Assembly (NCBI GenBank): GCA_965235115.1
Contig: OZ249440.1
Span: 7,130,001-7,194,000 of the forward strand
Length of the DNA stretch: 64,000 nt
Reading direction: 5' to 3'
Source of the DNA: Laetmonice hystrix
Lineage: Eukaryota
Part shown: in pieces, positions 14,626 to 27,146 of the stretch
How positions within the stretch are numbered: position 1 is the first letter of the stretch
Layout of the letters: every line of letters starts with the position of its first letter
Program-made: the position numbers and the translations under genes
The notes under the pieces: model-generated
Databases searched by the model: none
Seen by the model: the letters and a program-made list of their open reading frames with translations, nothing else
What the model was told of the DNA's origin: nothing

Positions 14626-15222
14626 GTACAAGACGAGAGCCGAGGTCGTATTAATATGTATGCAAACGACACTATATGCCAACCACCATAATCCATCAGC
14701 TGTACTAAATGATGTCTGTAGCCTGAGGCGGACGCCAGGCCCGTGTCTGCTCCCATCTTACCGGGGGGGGGGGGAGGATAATGGGTGGAGCAGTGATACA
14801 AATGAATACTCTATATCATCAGGGTCGTGTCAATGCTACAGGAGTCTACACCTTTAATCAGCGTAAGATCAGCCTTTGTGGAGGTCGCTCAAAATAATAA
14901 ACTGCAGGTTGTTTACCGCAAAAAGCAATCGTTTCTTTTCAGGAACCCTCGCATATTTCATCTTGCGGCACACCTTTGGTGGAATGAGAGACGATCTGTC
15001 ATAGTATATCAACGTGATCACAAAACGTAGCAATTAAGTACGTGTGATGACCATCTATAATAATGTAGATGTATGGATAGAAGCACAACATATGGCATAG
15101 ATGTATTTGCTGACGTAAACAACAACAATATGTGACCGTTTACGTCCTCTAATCACCGGACGCTTGCAGACTAATTTCTCGCGTCAATGATTAAAACAAT
15201 AGCATGGGGTGACACCAGGAAA

Positions 15223-15739
15223 TGTGATATATAATCTGTGGCGTAAGACCTTACTACAGGTCGGGTTGGGACTTGGTGTGACCCGGTCTCTATGGGGTGT
15301 GTGTGTGGTGGTGGGGGGAGGGGGCGTATTGAGGCTCAGACATACAACCTATAAACTTGTCATCGTATAGGTCACTAACTATCGTAATGTTGATATGTGA
15401 TATATAATCTGTGGCGTGAGACCTTACTACAGGTCGGGTTGGGACTTGGTGTGACCCGGTCTCTATGGGGTGTGTGTGTGGTGGTGGGGGGAGGGGGCGT
15501 ATTGAGGCTCAGACATACAACCTATAAACTTGTCATCGTATAGGTCACTAACTATCGTAATGTTGATATGTGATATATAATCTGTGGCGTGAGACCTTAC
15601 TACAGGTCGGGTTGGGACTTGGTGTGATCCGGTCTCTATGGGGTGTGTGTGTGGTGGGGGGGGGGGGGCGTATTGAGGCTCAGACATACAACCTATAAAC
15701 TTGTCATCGTATAGGTCACTAACTATGGTAATGTTGATA
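15223..15739. repeat. Tandem repeat, 173-bp unit x3
   Basis: TGTGATATATAATCTGTGGCGT... at 15223, 15396 and 15569. Confidence 0.95.
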
Positions 15740-18700
15740 TCCCAGTCAGATGGTGCTCACACTCAGACTGTATCAAGCTGTGATGGTAATAGTATGGCTT
15801 AATATCATGTTTGCGTGTTTGGGTATAGGCCCCTATAGGCTATATAGTACGTGAGCACAATTCTTGGACAATATTTCGGTGTAGTTTCGTTCTATGCATG
15901 CTGAAGCAAAGTTACAATAGGACTTGCGAACCCACTTCATGTTAAAAGAAACTCTATCGTAAATGAAGCACATCTGCCTAATTAAGTTAAACTCGATGTT
16001 CTACAGATAATGGCCTGTGCCCACTACGTGTGAGACTAGAACGACGAGTTATCTCTCACTGAACGGGTTATCGAAACACTCTTCTTTCCAAATCTCGCAT
16101 TAAAATAACTGGTGTAAAGCACATATTACTTCCAGGACGATAAAATTTGCTTCTATTTCACTTGTCTTCTCGCCAGTGAAAGAACTTGGGCAAATCCTTC
16201 TGACGTTGCGAGTAGCGTAACTTAATGTGTCGACGGTTGGCGGCGGTAACGTGTTGCGTCAATCAATTTAATCTCTGTTTTGTCGAGTAATTATCCCAAA
16301 TCGAAAGTGGACTGCAACAATATTAAAAGTATATGAAAACGTGATTACATCCATTAGAAAATTAGGCGAAAGCGGTGGGTCTGTTAATTGGCAGGCAGAA
16401 CAACCTAGTGAATGAACATGACACAGCTTAAAGAACAAAAGCGAACGGCATCGTAGACAAAGCGTTTCCCAGATACAAATGGCGATTTAGGTCAATTCGA
16501 TTAGACACCGAGGTATTAATCGTGGTGGGTCGTTGTTTAAGTGTGTTAACAGGGGAAGAAAATCTTGCTATAGATGACGATCGGTTTTCACCGAGAAGAA
16601 CCTCTCACGCATGCTTACTGGTGTGCAAACAGATCAAAAAGTAAAGGAAAAGAGCAACATAATCACAGGAGAACAAGAGGGCAGCCAGGAGGACAAAGAG
16701 ACTACATGGTGAAACAGCCAACAGTTGATGGTCAAAGAGGCGGTGACGCCAGTATGACGGATCTTGGGGGGTTTCAAGGGATTTCAAATCGAAGAAAATA
16801 TTCCAAACATGAAACTAATGGTTCTTTTAGTCTGATAATGAATATATAAAGCAGACTAGGCCTATATATCTTTTGAATTAAACTTCATGCAAACTTCATG
16901 CACTGCAGTATAAACCGTTATGTTGACAATGCCCTCTAAAGCAACCCACGACAGGTTATTTCAATGACTCCAAAATGCATGCGTTGTTAGGTTATAGATA
17001 AGGTCCCAGGCTACATGAATCAATAACTATATACCACAGAAATGGAGAAATCTCGTGAAATTTAACATTCCATTTGCTTGCTGGCGCTATGAAGCGATCG
17101 TCTTATGAGTGGTTGTTGATAAAGTCGTTGACCTGGCATTGACTTGTCCAGCCAATGGCGATGACCCACCAAGGAATCCCCATCACGTGATCAATGGTGT
17201 AGACGTCAGCGATAATTTTAAACTTGTAGAAAATGGCGATGTAAACAAAGTCTGGATTGATCAGTCTTGAGCGGTGATCCAGGTATTGAATAAGTTGGCA
17301 TAATATGGCAACTTTTGACTCGGTAAAATGTTGGTGATTCCTCTATCCAAATTAAGGGTGATTTTGGTACTTTGATATACTCCTGGGTTGCTTTAATATA
17401 CACAGACCCGTGTTTTTCAACGTACCATTACCAATATATTGCTGAAACAGTTTATCTCTGTCACAATGAATTTAAATAAGATCGGTGGGGCGTGTGGTGG
17501 AATACGTTCTCTGCATGTGTCTACAAGGACGTGATGTCGGTGCTAGGCTTCATGCTCACCGTGCAACCTGCCAATTCTGTTTCTGCACTGACTTGAATCA
17601 GAGAGGGGGAGGTGGAGGTGGAGGCATGTTTCCTAAGTCTCATGAAATCCTCCCCCCCCAAAAAAAAAACCTTTACACTTACATCACATAGGCGTCGAAA
17701 CCAGGGGTCAGGGGGACGACCCTGTGATCCAAGCAGGAGACGCCCCCCCCCCTCCGCTAAGCCTCATACTCAGCCATACTCCTATTTATCAGCCTATTTT
17801 GTCAATGAGTGCTGGGCTAGAACAGGGCCAGAGTCGGCCTAAGCTGACTTCAGCCCCCCCCCCCGGAAAAAGTATCTTCCAACGCTGCTGTATCGTTGTC
17901 CTCCTTGGCAGGAAGGTAATCGTCTGTATAGGCCATAATTACACTATTCTGCCGACCATATACAACGAAAAGTCTAATGTCTTCTGGGTATATTTTCGTT
18001 CTCGTCTTCCTTGCCAGCATAATGACACATGACATCGTGTCAAAATGAATGTGTCAGAGAAACGGTCGCTAAAAGGTGGCTGTACATTTCCCCGGCGACT
18101 ACATGCAGTGTGAAGTCGGCAGTGTGCTCCAGTGTCGTTTATCTTTATCTTTATCTCGATATATACACATCGTTAAGACCTGCGTTTCCTTAACCCGACA
18201 GTTCACGCGTTCTCTAGTGTTGTGTCCCCGCTGAAAGTTTAACGATGTCAATCTTTGCGATCAGATAACGCTTCATTTCGTCTAATCACCGTCAACTCGT
18301 CAGTCTGACGACCGACGTGCCGTATTCGCACGGCTTGCTTACAAGGATTTCCTCACTGATAACTGTGGACTGGGGTTGCTGCAGTGGTCAGCTGATATGG
18401 CTGAGCTCGTGCTTGTTTTCTTAGACTGTCCCGTCGCCTGACGTGCGTCCGTCGTCACGTGGCGGTTCCAATACGACACGTTCATTTATCGTCGCCTTGT
18501 CAGACCGATAACTGAAGACGAACTGCTCTCACCGTGCCTCGACTCGACTGGAGAATTCCACAGGAGGCCGCCACTCTGCTATCTCGATACAAGGCTCCAG
18601 GGTGTCGGCATGCCCTATCAATTCTCTAATCCGTCAATATTCCCTAAATGAGGAGCCAAGATCTGTTTGAACCAGTCTCACAGCCTCCACATCCATGTGT

Positions 18701-19958
18701 ACACTTTATACAAAGAACATTAGATCTATAACTGCGATATTGTCTAAGTTATATACTTGATATTCTAGTTATCTCAAGGAGTTTACATTGCGACTCATTT
18801 TTACATTTTACATTGTCCTCACTTTGTCACTTTAACATTCAAAAAAATTGCTGGTTGCTTTTAGCGATTTGAAACGACAGGGGCCATAATGGGAGAAATG
18901 CTCTAAGGGGTGCGATGACGTGCGTCGATGGCTATGGAGAATGAAAGTTACACAAAGCAGTCAGGGGACCCATTGGTAGCCGTCATCAAATCAGCCGAGG
19001 GACGCTGACGCACATATGGCAGGCTCGACAATGTGTACAGGTCGACACAGCGATCGGCCTGTACGGGTTCACTGCTCTGGTTCAGGGAGAATGAGAAAAT
19101 ATGCGCAGGAACAAAGACTATTCTTACTTCTGTGAATGCATAACTTTGTATGTTGTGTATAGGCAGGCTGACACACTTTGCAGGTAGACTCGCACTTATA
19201 AAACATAAATCCAAAGCATTTTCTAATATGTTCCTCACATGTATGGAAACAATCCAAGTATAGATAGGCCAATGCAGGCGATCATTCGTATAACAGTGCA
19301 GATACAATGCAACCTCCGTAAGAGTGACTCGCATGCTCGCAGATGTGGGCTGGACATATTCTAATTCAACTTGTACACAATAGGTACAATTAATTTTCGG
19401 ATCATATAGTCCTAAATGTACTGACCCTCATGTTCTTAAGGGGTTCGTGCAAAAGGTCCGCCTGGACGGCGTCGGCTGTGGAATGTCTAACCGTTTTCTA
19501 TAGTATACAAGTCGATCAAGCTTTATTGGAGTGGAACTATGCGGAATATGGCAGCCCGCTATCCCCTGATAAATGTCTCACCTGTAGATGACAGGATCCA
19601 GGTTTGACAGGCAGATGGACACCTTTACATTCAACAGGTGCCCGGTTCAGGTCAAGATGTCACCTTCAAATGTGTCTGATACATCTGATCTAACATTGTT
19701 AGAGATTGGGATCATAATTTCAGCAGTCTTCTTCTACTTCTTTATATATATATATATTTTTTACTTGTCTTTGATCACTTTTCTTATATTTGTTGATAAT
19801 ACTTCTATTTACATGTAGCACATTTTTTAAAGTCGGGCGAAGAAAGGAGAAACGTATTGAATTATAGACAGAAGATTGTAGACAGAATGTGACATACAGG
19901 TTTAAGTAACTTTTTCAAATGCTTTCTATAATCCATCATAAACACACATGTATATATT

Positions 19959-20224
19959 CAGCCCGTAGTTGGGGGGGGGGGGGTCGACGATCTGAACGGG
20001 CAGCGGTCCACTTTTTGTGCAAAGAGTGTATACAGCAATTTAATTTTCTTGCCAGTTCTCGGTGGAGAGCAAACCCGCCTTCAATGGAAGCCATGGTGAA
20101 GGCCTAAAGTCGATTTTCATCTAAAACGTCCACTTTTTATCAAACAATAGTCGACTCCTTCCAAAGGTCCACTTTTCCCCACAAACGACCCACCCATTTG
20201 GAAGTCCTGGCTCTATACGGGCCT
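19959..20224. mobile_element. MITE-like remnant, about 265 bp
   Basis: Imperfect inverted ends CAGCCCGTAG ... CCTGGCTCTATACGGGCCT, a poly-G tract and three GTCCACTTTT internal repeats. Confidence 0.4.
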
Positions 20225-21499
20225 AATATTAATCTTCAAAGGCCGGATCTTTGTCTCTCATACAGCAGGCAGGACTGTCTTCCATATACTTGTGGCTCCG
20301 ACACAGGAGCTCCACCTTAATTCCTTGCACTCAGCTGAACAATGTCCCTCCACGATATATCTGCAGCATTCCGTGGGAAGACCTGTCAAGTTTTCACACA
20401 CCTTGTATACAAACGCTACCCGAGTGGTAGAGAACAAACACAGGCACAGACTGTGCCGCTATCACCTCACATGGTCAGCATGGTCCGAATTCTCACCTGT
20501 CACCTGCTGTCCAAGGTGGTATACAGAACACCTTCTGACTACTGTTGTCATGACAATATATTAATGGATGGCAACAGTTGGCGTATACCTATCCCTCCGG
20601 TGATTTCTTACAATAAATTAATATCACCATTCTGATATACGGGACGTGGAAGATGGGATAATGCGGAAATGATAATGATATGATGACGATTAGGTAAAAA
20701 AAATATAAGTGCAGGAGGCTGAATTATAAATGGGTCCAATACAAATTAAGCATATGCCTATAACTTATGCCTCACTCATAAATCTAGTTGTCATAAAAGT
20801 ATGATGATTCATTGTGAGCTGAAATGGCCAATTGTCACTCCTCTGATATATGTGTGATCTATTAAAGGGACACATTGCCTGGCTGATATACGCCCACGTA
20901 AGCTATACCTATAGCCCCTCCCCCACAATAAGAGGTATACCTTTTTATTTCCTGAAACAGAAAGTAATGGCCAGTATTTACATAACGAAACAACCCTTCC
21001 AAGGTCGTCGCCGCCGGCATGGGTAGGCCTATATAACAGGCCTCACTGCCTTAATTTATACACCTTAAATTAAAACTATAGAGTGTCATTTTGAAACATA
21101 TAGACTCCTCTAGGCCCTCTCTAACTCCATCACTAAAGGGGAACTCCGCAAATTTCCCATGACATCCAGGAAGAGGTCTGTGTCGATCTTTTTCATTTAG
21201 ACCTTGCTCGTTTGGTTTGTACCAAGTGTAACTAATGAGCATGTGTGGCAGCTGTTGTCTGACCAGTAACATTTACCTCCTCCCCTCTTCTTCTTGTTTG
21301 AGAGCGGTAATGTACACCTATAAAACCAGCTCAACAAACCGCAGCCAACTCCTTCCACACACGTCATCGTCAATTTAGCTCGATATCTTTAGAAAGCGCC
21401 CGCGTCGAGCGCTCAATTGCAATGTAAGTGGTCTGACATGGCTGGTCGATGAAATATTCACCTTCCTTTACCTTCTGCTGTGCATGCCTTCCGGCTCGG

Positions 21500-21545
21500 C
21501 GGCCCTCATTGGTTTAGTCCGATGAGCGCCGCTGGCCAATCAGCG
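21500..21545 (+). promoter_or_regulatory. Candidate Tlx proximal promoter with paired CCAAT boxes
   Basis: Inverted CCAAT (ATTGG 21508-21512) and a full NF-Y-type GCCAATCAGC (CCAAT 21536-21540), about 550 bp upstream of the ATG in CpG-containing unique sequence. Confidence 0.45.
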
Positions 21546-22094
21546 TCGGCGATACAAGCGACAGCGGCACCCCGGCCTTCACTGACAACCTATTATCAAT
21601 ACGTTGGCGAGTGTTTGGCTGTTTCCGAGTCACAATTCATGACGGCTAAAAGAACACTTTTGTTTAGCGGCTATTCACTCCGGTCGGGTTAAGCGGACGA
21701 TACACCACAGCCACACAGAGTGTGTATCTTGGACCAGCCAGACGCCTGCACATCTGGTAGAAGATCTAACTGGAAATCTACGGCTGACTTCTCATGCTGT
21801 GCAATAGGCAATTGTTTCAGTTTTCAAGCGCCTTGGACCTTTTATATTGAATTCACTTGGACTTAACCGCCACTGAGAAGAGTAATTAGGTCCACTTGCA
21901 GATTATTGGACATAGGGCCATCAAACGGCGATGATGATTTGCTTTTTTTAGAGTGACGTCGCAGATGGTTGATCCTGAATCGACTGAGTAAAACTCTTTG
22001 AGAGGTGGGCCTGCTGACACCTCGCGGTATAGCAGACGATCCAGACTTGAGGTGGCCGGGACATTGACGGTCCAGGCCCAGTCGAGTTGTCAGG

Positions 22095-22836
22095 ATGAGC
22101 GAGCAGAGATCAGACGCGGAGGTCGACTCGGACGGGTGTCCGGTCGGGTCAGACGTGGACGTAGAGAACGAGTCCCGGTCGGGATCTCCGGTTAGTACCG
22201 GCCGGTCCACCCCGGGATCTCCGGCCCCGTCCCCGGCCCCGTCCCCGGTCCCGTCCCCGGCCTCGAGCTGTGAGAACGACCCACAGCACTCAAGGCTTCA
22301 CCGTCACCACAGCCATCACTTCCAGCGTCACCACCATCATCATCACCACCATCACCTCCACAACCACAGCAGTAACAACACTAACACCAGCACCAGTGAC
22401 TCTTCAAAACTTTCCTTTGGGATCAGCCGGATACTCAGTGAACCTTCCAGTAAAAGTTCAAGTTTAAAACACAATAGTCACAATAACAACAACAACAACA
22501 ACAACAGTAGCACGCCCAATGAAAACGGACACTTGGGTCACGGGCAGCATCAGCAGCATCATCACCACGGACAACACTATGGCCTGCTGGGTCAGGCCAT
22601 ACCAGCCGGCTTTAACCCACCCCCGGCCCACATGGGGCTTGGTGCCGGCGGCCCGCACCCTGGCCACCCGGGCGGGCCACACGTGGCAGGACTTGTCGGC
22701 TTGGAGCCCGGGTCACAACAACTAACGGGGCATGGTGTGATCAAGGTACCGGCTCACCGGCCCGTGCCGCTCGGTCCTCTCAGCTTCTCACCGCTCATGT
22801 TCCCGTGGATGCAGGACAGGAAGGAACGACTTACAG
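22095..22836 (+). CDS. Tlx: Tlx homeobox gene, coding exon 1 (N-terminus, eh1 motif, hexapeptide)
   Basis: The ORF from ATG 22095 encodes LSFGISRILS (eh1/Groucho-binding FxIxxIL), GVIKVPAHRP and FPWMQDRKERLT (Pbx-interaction hexapeptide), all typical of TLX proteins. It ends at donor ACAG|GTATGT (GT at 22837, phase 1). The exact start codon is inferred from the ORF. Confidence 0.93.
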
Positions 22837-25241
22837 GTATGTCTTACACCACTCTCACTTCAAACTCCACCATTATTACTCGGCCTATATACCATCCGAA
22901 CGTTAACAAAGGCGACAACCATTTACAAGTAGCCTATAGCCGACCTATTTGGATCTCTTATTTTATTTTAATGAACAGACTTGATATCACAAAATGACAT
23001 CACAAATCAGTAGACATAGGGTAGGTTGGAGATAGAGCCTTTAAACAGACTGATGTACAACATCAACGGAACCTACAAGAAGCCATGGGCCTCAAGCATG
23101 CATTTCACATTTTTAGACCTCTATACCTCAAGGCCAGACTCGAAAGTGATATGCGAATGCATTTGTAAACCTAATTGGTTACATGGCTATACGTTTGAGA
23201 AAATACTGCAAGTTGTCGTCTACAGATTAGTTGCTATAAAAGTCGATGATAATCAGGGATAATGTAAGTATAATGCTAGTTTAGGCCTACGTAACCATTT
23301 GCTGTTGATAAACATTGCCTGTTCGTGAGTATTGTAGGTTGACACGCGACATTGACAAGGTCATGATTATTGAACTAATCCTCATGTATCCTCTCAAAGA
23401 GAAGGTCGGATCCTCAGTATGTTGGGAAAGGGCCTGTATATATTATGATAGGTGTATATATTGTGCTGACATGAAGACATTGTCGACACGATGCCGGTAT
23501 CAGGGCAGTGTATATTAGGTCATACCGCCCCAGGCTAATACCACGACAAGCGAGCTGACTTGGTGGTGGCTGACACTAAAACGCTGATTGCGGTCTTCCG
23601 CCACGTGGGGGCGGGCGGGTCGGACGCGGGCGTTCACCGCGCTGGTACAGACAGACGCACGCACGTGGCCGGGGCCAGACGGGCATGCTGTGCACGTGCA
23701 AGCGCGGTGTAAATGAGACATCCACTCGCTTCCCATTATCCTCCACAAACTACAATTAGACAGTGATTAAATGTGCATTTCAGAAAAGAGCATCCCTTGA
23801 TTTGCTCGCCTGCTAATTTTCTTTGTCTGACCCTGAGCTCTGCGTGGTGTATGATATATATCGTTGTGTTCTTAATGTCACTTTGGTATGTAGTGATATT
23901 ATATAAGTAAGAACGTAAAGAAGAACTGATTATAAGCATGCATATACATGGACATGGTGCATTCCTGAATTTATGTCACCATAATAAAAAGTTTCATTGC
24001 GTACCTATATATAGTATAAAAAGTTCGTCTTTGAGACCATGATGGAATTGCCTCCATGAAAAGGTCAAAAGCTAACAATGGGACCCTGGTTTTTTTATAT
24101 ACCGACCTAAGTGGTGCGTGTGATCGCATCTAAATTGGCCAGAACAAGGGAACCATTCTGTAGCTTTCAGCAACAAACCTGAGCCAAATAAAACACGTCT
24201 TTATACGTTATCAGCCTAAGTGTGAGGCAACTACGGCGACAAGTGATGCTTCTCATACCCACACTGTCCAGGGATATAGTCAGAGATTTTTTTATTCCTG
24301 TGAGTTTGCCTTTCATGGAAGATACCGAGGTGGTTGTGAGACCGTACAGTAAAAGTTTGTAGATAGTTGGTGGTGAGAATATACGGTATAGGGTAAAGAT
24401 TTGAAAAGATAATATATAAGGAAGGCGATATAAGTTTGACCTCTATGTACTGACAACCGTGTCAGTGACGGAGTGGCATAGACTCGTGAATAACCTCATC
24501 AACAGACGTTCGTAATTACTTCCATGTTTTTAGCGATAGAGAAAAATAATAATAATAAAGCCAGGGGCACCAAGCACAAGCACCAAAAACAAGCAGTTTA
24601 ATGCCCTTATAGTCGGTGTACATATTGAAATTTTCTGTTGAGCGACCTTATACATTGTGTATAAGTCTTACATTACCACAGTTCCGCACACGACAGGGTT
24701 GCAAGGTCTATACATACATTAGTCCCATTTCGTCAAACACCGCAGCAAAAACTTTCAGTAATTACCACTGGGATGATTTACAAAGGATCAGTTTTAAGAC
24801 CCAGTTTTCTCCACTGCATGAACGGTTTTCCAGTTTCCTGGCGATTTGCAGTTAAAGGAGGCAGCCAAAGCAAAGGAGCGGATAGCAAGCAAATATTGTG
24901 AGGAGAGTTCCAACTTATAAACCCAGAATTATAAGGTAATCGCCAGAACAGATCGCCATCCGCGTCCTAAACCGAGAAACTGCCGACCACGCCGAGGACA
25001 CGTGGGGACATGATACATCATGAGTACACACGAACAATGAGTCTGTTAATGGTACTCCATCACTGACGTGGGACGTACTTCATGGCCCTGTATACATGGT
25101 GTACTTGATGTGGAAGGCAGTGACCGGCTGTTAGGAGCTATGTACCGTACCGTTGGTGGTACGAATTGCTGGTGTAAGTCGAGTAGGTACGCGGACAGCG
25201 GTGAGCATGAGCGCCACACGTGTCGCTACACCTCAGGCACA

Positions 25242-25747
25242 CCCCCGCCCGCCCGCCCGTCCGCCCGTCCCTCCGCCCGGCCGGTCACAGACCCCCGCCC
25301 GCCCGCCCGTCCCTCCGTCCGTCCGTCCATCCGTCCCTGCCTCCCTCCGTCCCTGCCTCCCTCCGTCCCTCCGCCGCCCCTCCCTCCGTCCCTGCCTCCC
25401 TCCGTCCCTCCGTCCCTCCCTCCGTCCCTCCTTCCCTCCGCCCGCCCCTCCCTCCGTCCACCCCTCCCTCCGTCCCTCCGTCCCTGCCTCCCTCCGTCCC
25501 TCCGTCCCTCCGTCCCCCCGTCCCTCCCTCCGTCCCTCCTTCCCTCCGCCCGCCCCTCCCTCCGTCCACCCCTCCCTCCGTCCCTGCCTCCCTCCGTCCC
25601 TGCCTCCCTCCGTCCTTCCGTCCGCCCCTCCCTCCGTCCCTCCCTCCGTCCCTCCCTCCGCCCCTCCTTCCCTCCGTCCGCCCCTCCCTCCGTCCACCCC
25701 TCCCTCCGTCCCTCCGTCCCTCCGTCCCTCCGTCCCTCCGTCCGTCC
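25242..25747. repeat. C-rich low-complexity repeat (CCTC/CCGT tetramer mosaic)
   Basis: A run of CCCTCCGT / CCCTCCCT units. Confidence 0.95.
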
Positions 25748-25903
25748 AGTATCGCCGTCCAACACCCAGCAACTGTCTCTAGCCTCAGGGCCTTGACCCC
25801 CTTTATGTTGGACATATAAGAACAATGATTAAGATTGAAATGATAACGATGAGGACATGCTATATATCATAACGTACAGAGAAGGAGGACGTACAATAAT
25901 CCG

Positions 25904-26305
25904 TGTAACATGAGCCCATAGCATGTCCTCCTGGTATGATGTGTTTGTAACATGAGCCCACAGCATGCCCTCCTGGTATGATGTGTTTGTAACATGAGCC
26001 CATGGCGTGCCCTCCTGGTATGATGTGTTTGTAACATGAGCCCACAGCATGCCCTCCTGGTATGATGTGTTTGTAACATGAGCCCATAGCATGCCCTCCT
26101 GGTATGTTTGTAACATGAGCCCACAGCATGCCCTCCTGGTATGATGTGTTTGTAACATGAGCCCATGGCGTGCCCTCCTGGTATGTTTGTAACATGAGCC
26201 CACAGCCTGCCCTCCTGGTATGTTTGTAACATGAGCCCACAGCCTGCCCTCCTGGTATGATGTGTTTGTAGCATGAGCCCACAGCCTGCCCTCCTGGTAT
26301 GATGT
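25904..26305. repeat. Minisatellite, 42/37-bp units, about 10 copies
   Basis: TGTAACATGAGCCCACAGCATGCCCTCCTGGTATG(ATGTG)TT repeated. Confidence 0.95.
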
Positions 26306-26894
26306 CCGTCACCCTCAGAGTTTAATGATGTATAGATCACTGACTCCCGAACATGATGATTAGACTCCTGACACATGGAAACAATGATTTTGTCATGTTA
26401 ACGTCAGGACAAACACGTCCTAGATGACAACCAACACGGTTTGGTGGCGACCAAAACGACAGTATGTTAATGTTATTTACACGAACGTCCCGTGTATGTA
26501 TGTAGGGACATGTAACGTGTAGGGGTGATCAGCAGGCGGTCCGCTGTCAGCCGTGATCACCAAACTATGGTGATCGAGCACCACGAGGACCTTTTAAAAT
26601 AACATAGTTGACGTTTGGCCAGGTGCAGTCTCGACAGATGGAGTATATTCTCATTTCAACAGTTCATGATGTATCTTTGTGGAGTGTTTATACATTCTTT
26701 ATTGCAAATGGCAAATCATCATTGCTGGCATTAGTTAATAAATCTATATCTATTGATCCCAAGCATGCAGTGCATGCGTTATACGATACGATACTGATAG
26801 TTTACCTCCATATGCCTAAACCTCTACCCTTATACCGCACACAAAGTCTACATTCAGAACTATAGTGTATCGAGTATTGTACCGGACATTGTGC

Positions 26895-27146
26895 AACTAA
26901 AGGGGACAGTTTATAACTAAAGGGGATAGTTTATAACTAAAAGGGATCGTTAACTAAAGGGGACAGTTTATAAATAAAGGGGATAGTTTATAACTAAAAG
27001 CGATCGTTAACTAAAGGGGACAGTTTATAACTAAAGGGGGCAGTTTATAACTGAAGGGGACAGTTTATAACTAAAGGGGACAGTTTATAACTAAAGGGGA
27101 CAGTTTATAACTAAAGGGGACAGTTTATAACTAAAGGGGATAGTTT
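26895..27146. repeat. Minisatellite, 20-bp unit, about 12 copies
   Basis: CAGTTTATAACTAAAGGGGA repeated. Confidence 0.95.

Noticed and set aside
22837-22997. Continuation of the 300-aa ORF past 22836 (GMSYTTLTSNS...)
   Set aside because: It is read-through into intron 1. A strong GTATGT donor sits at 22837, and Tlx homology resumes only at 30549.
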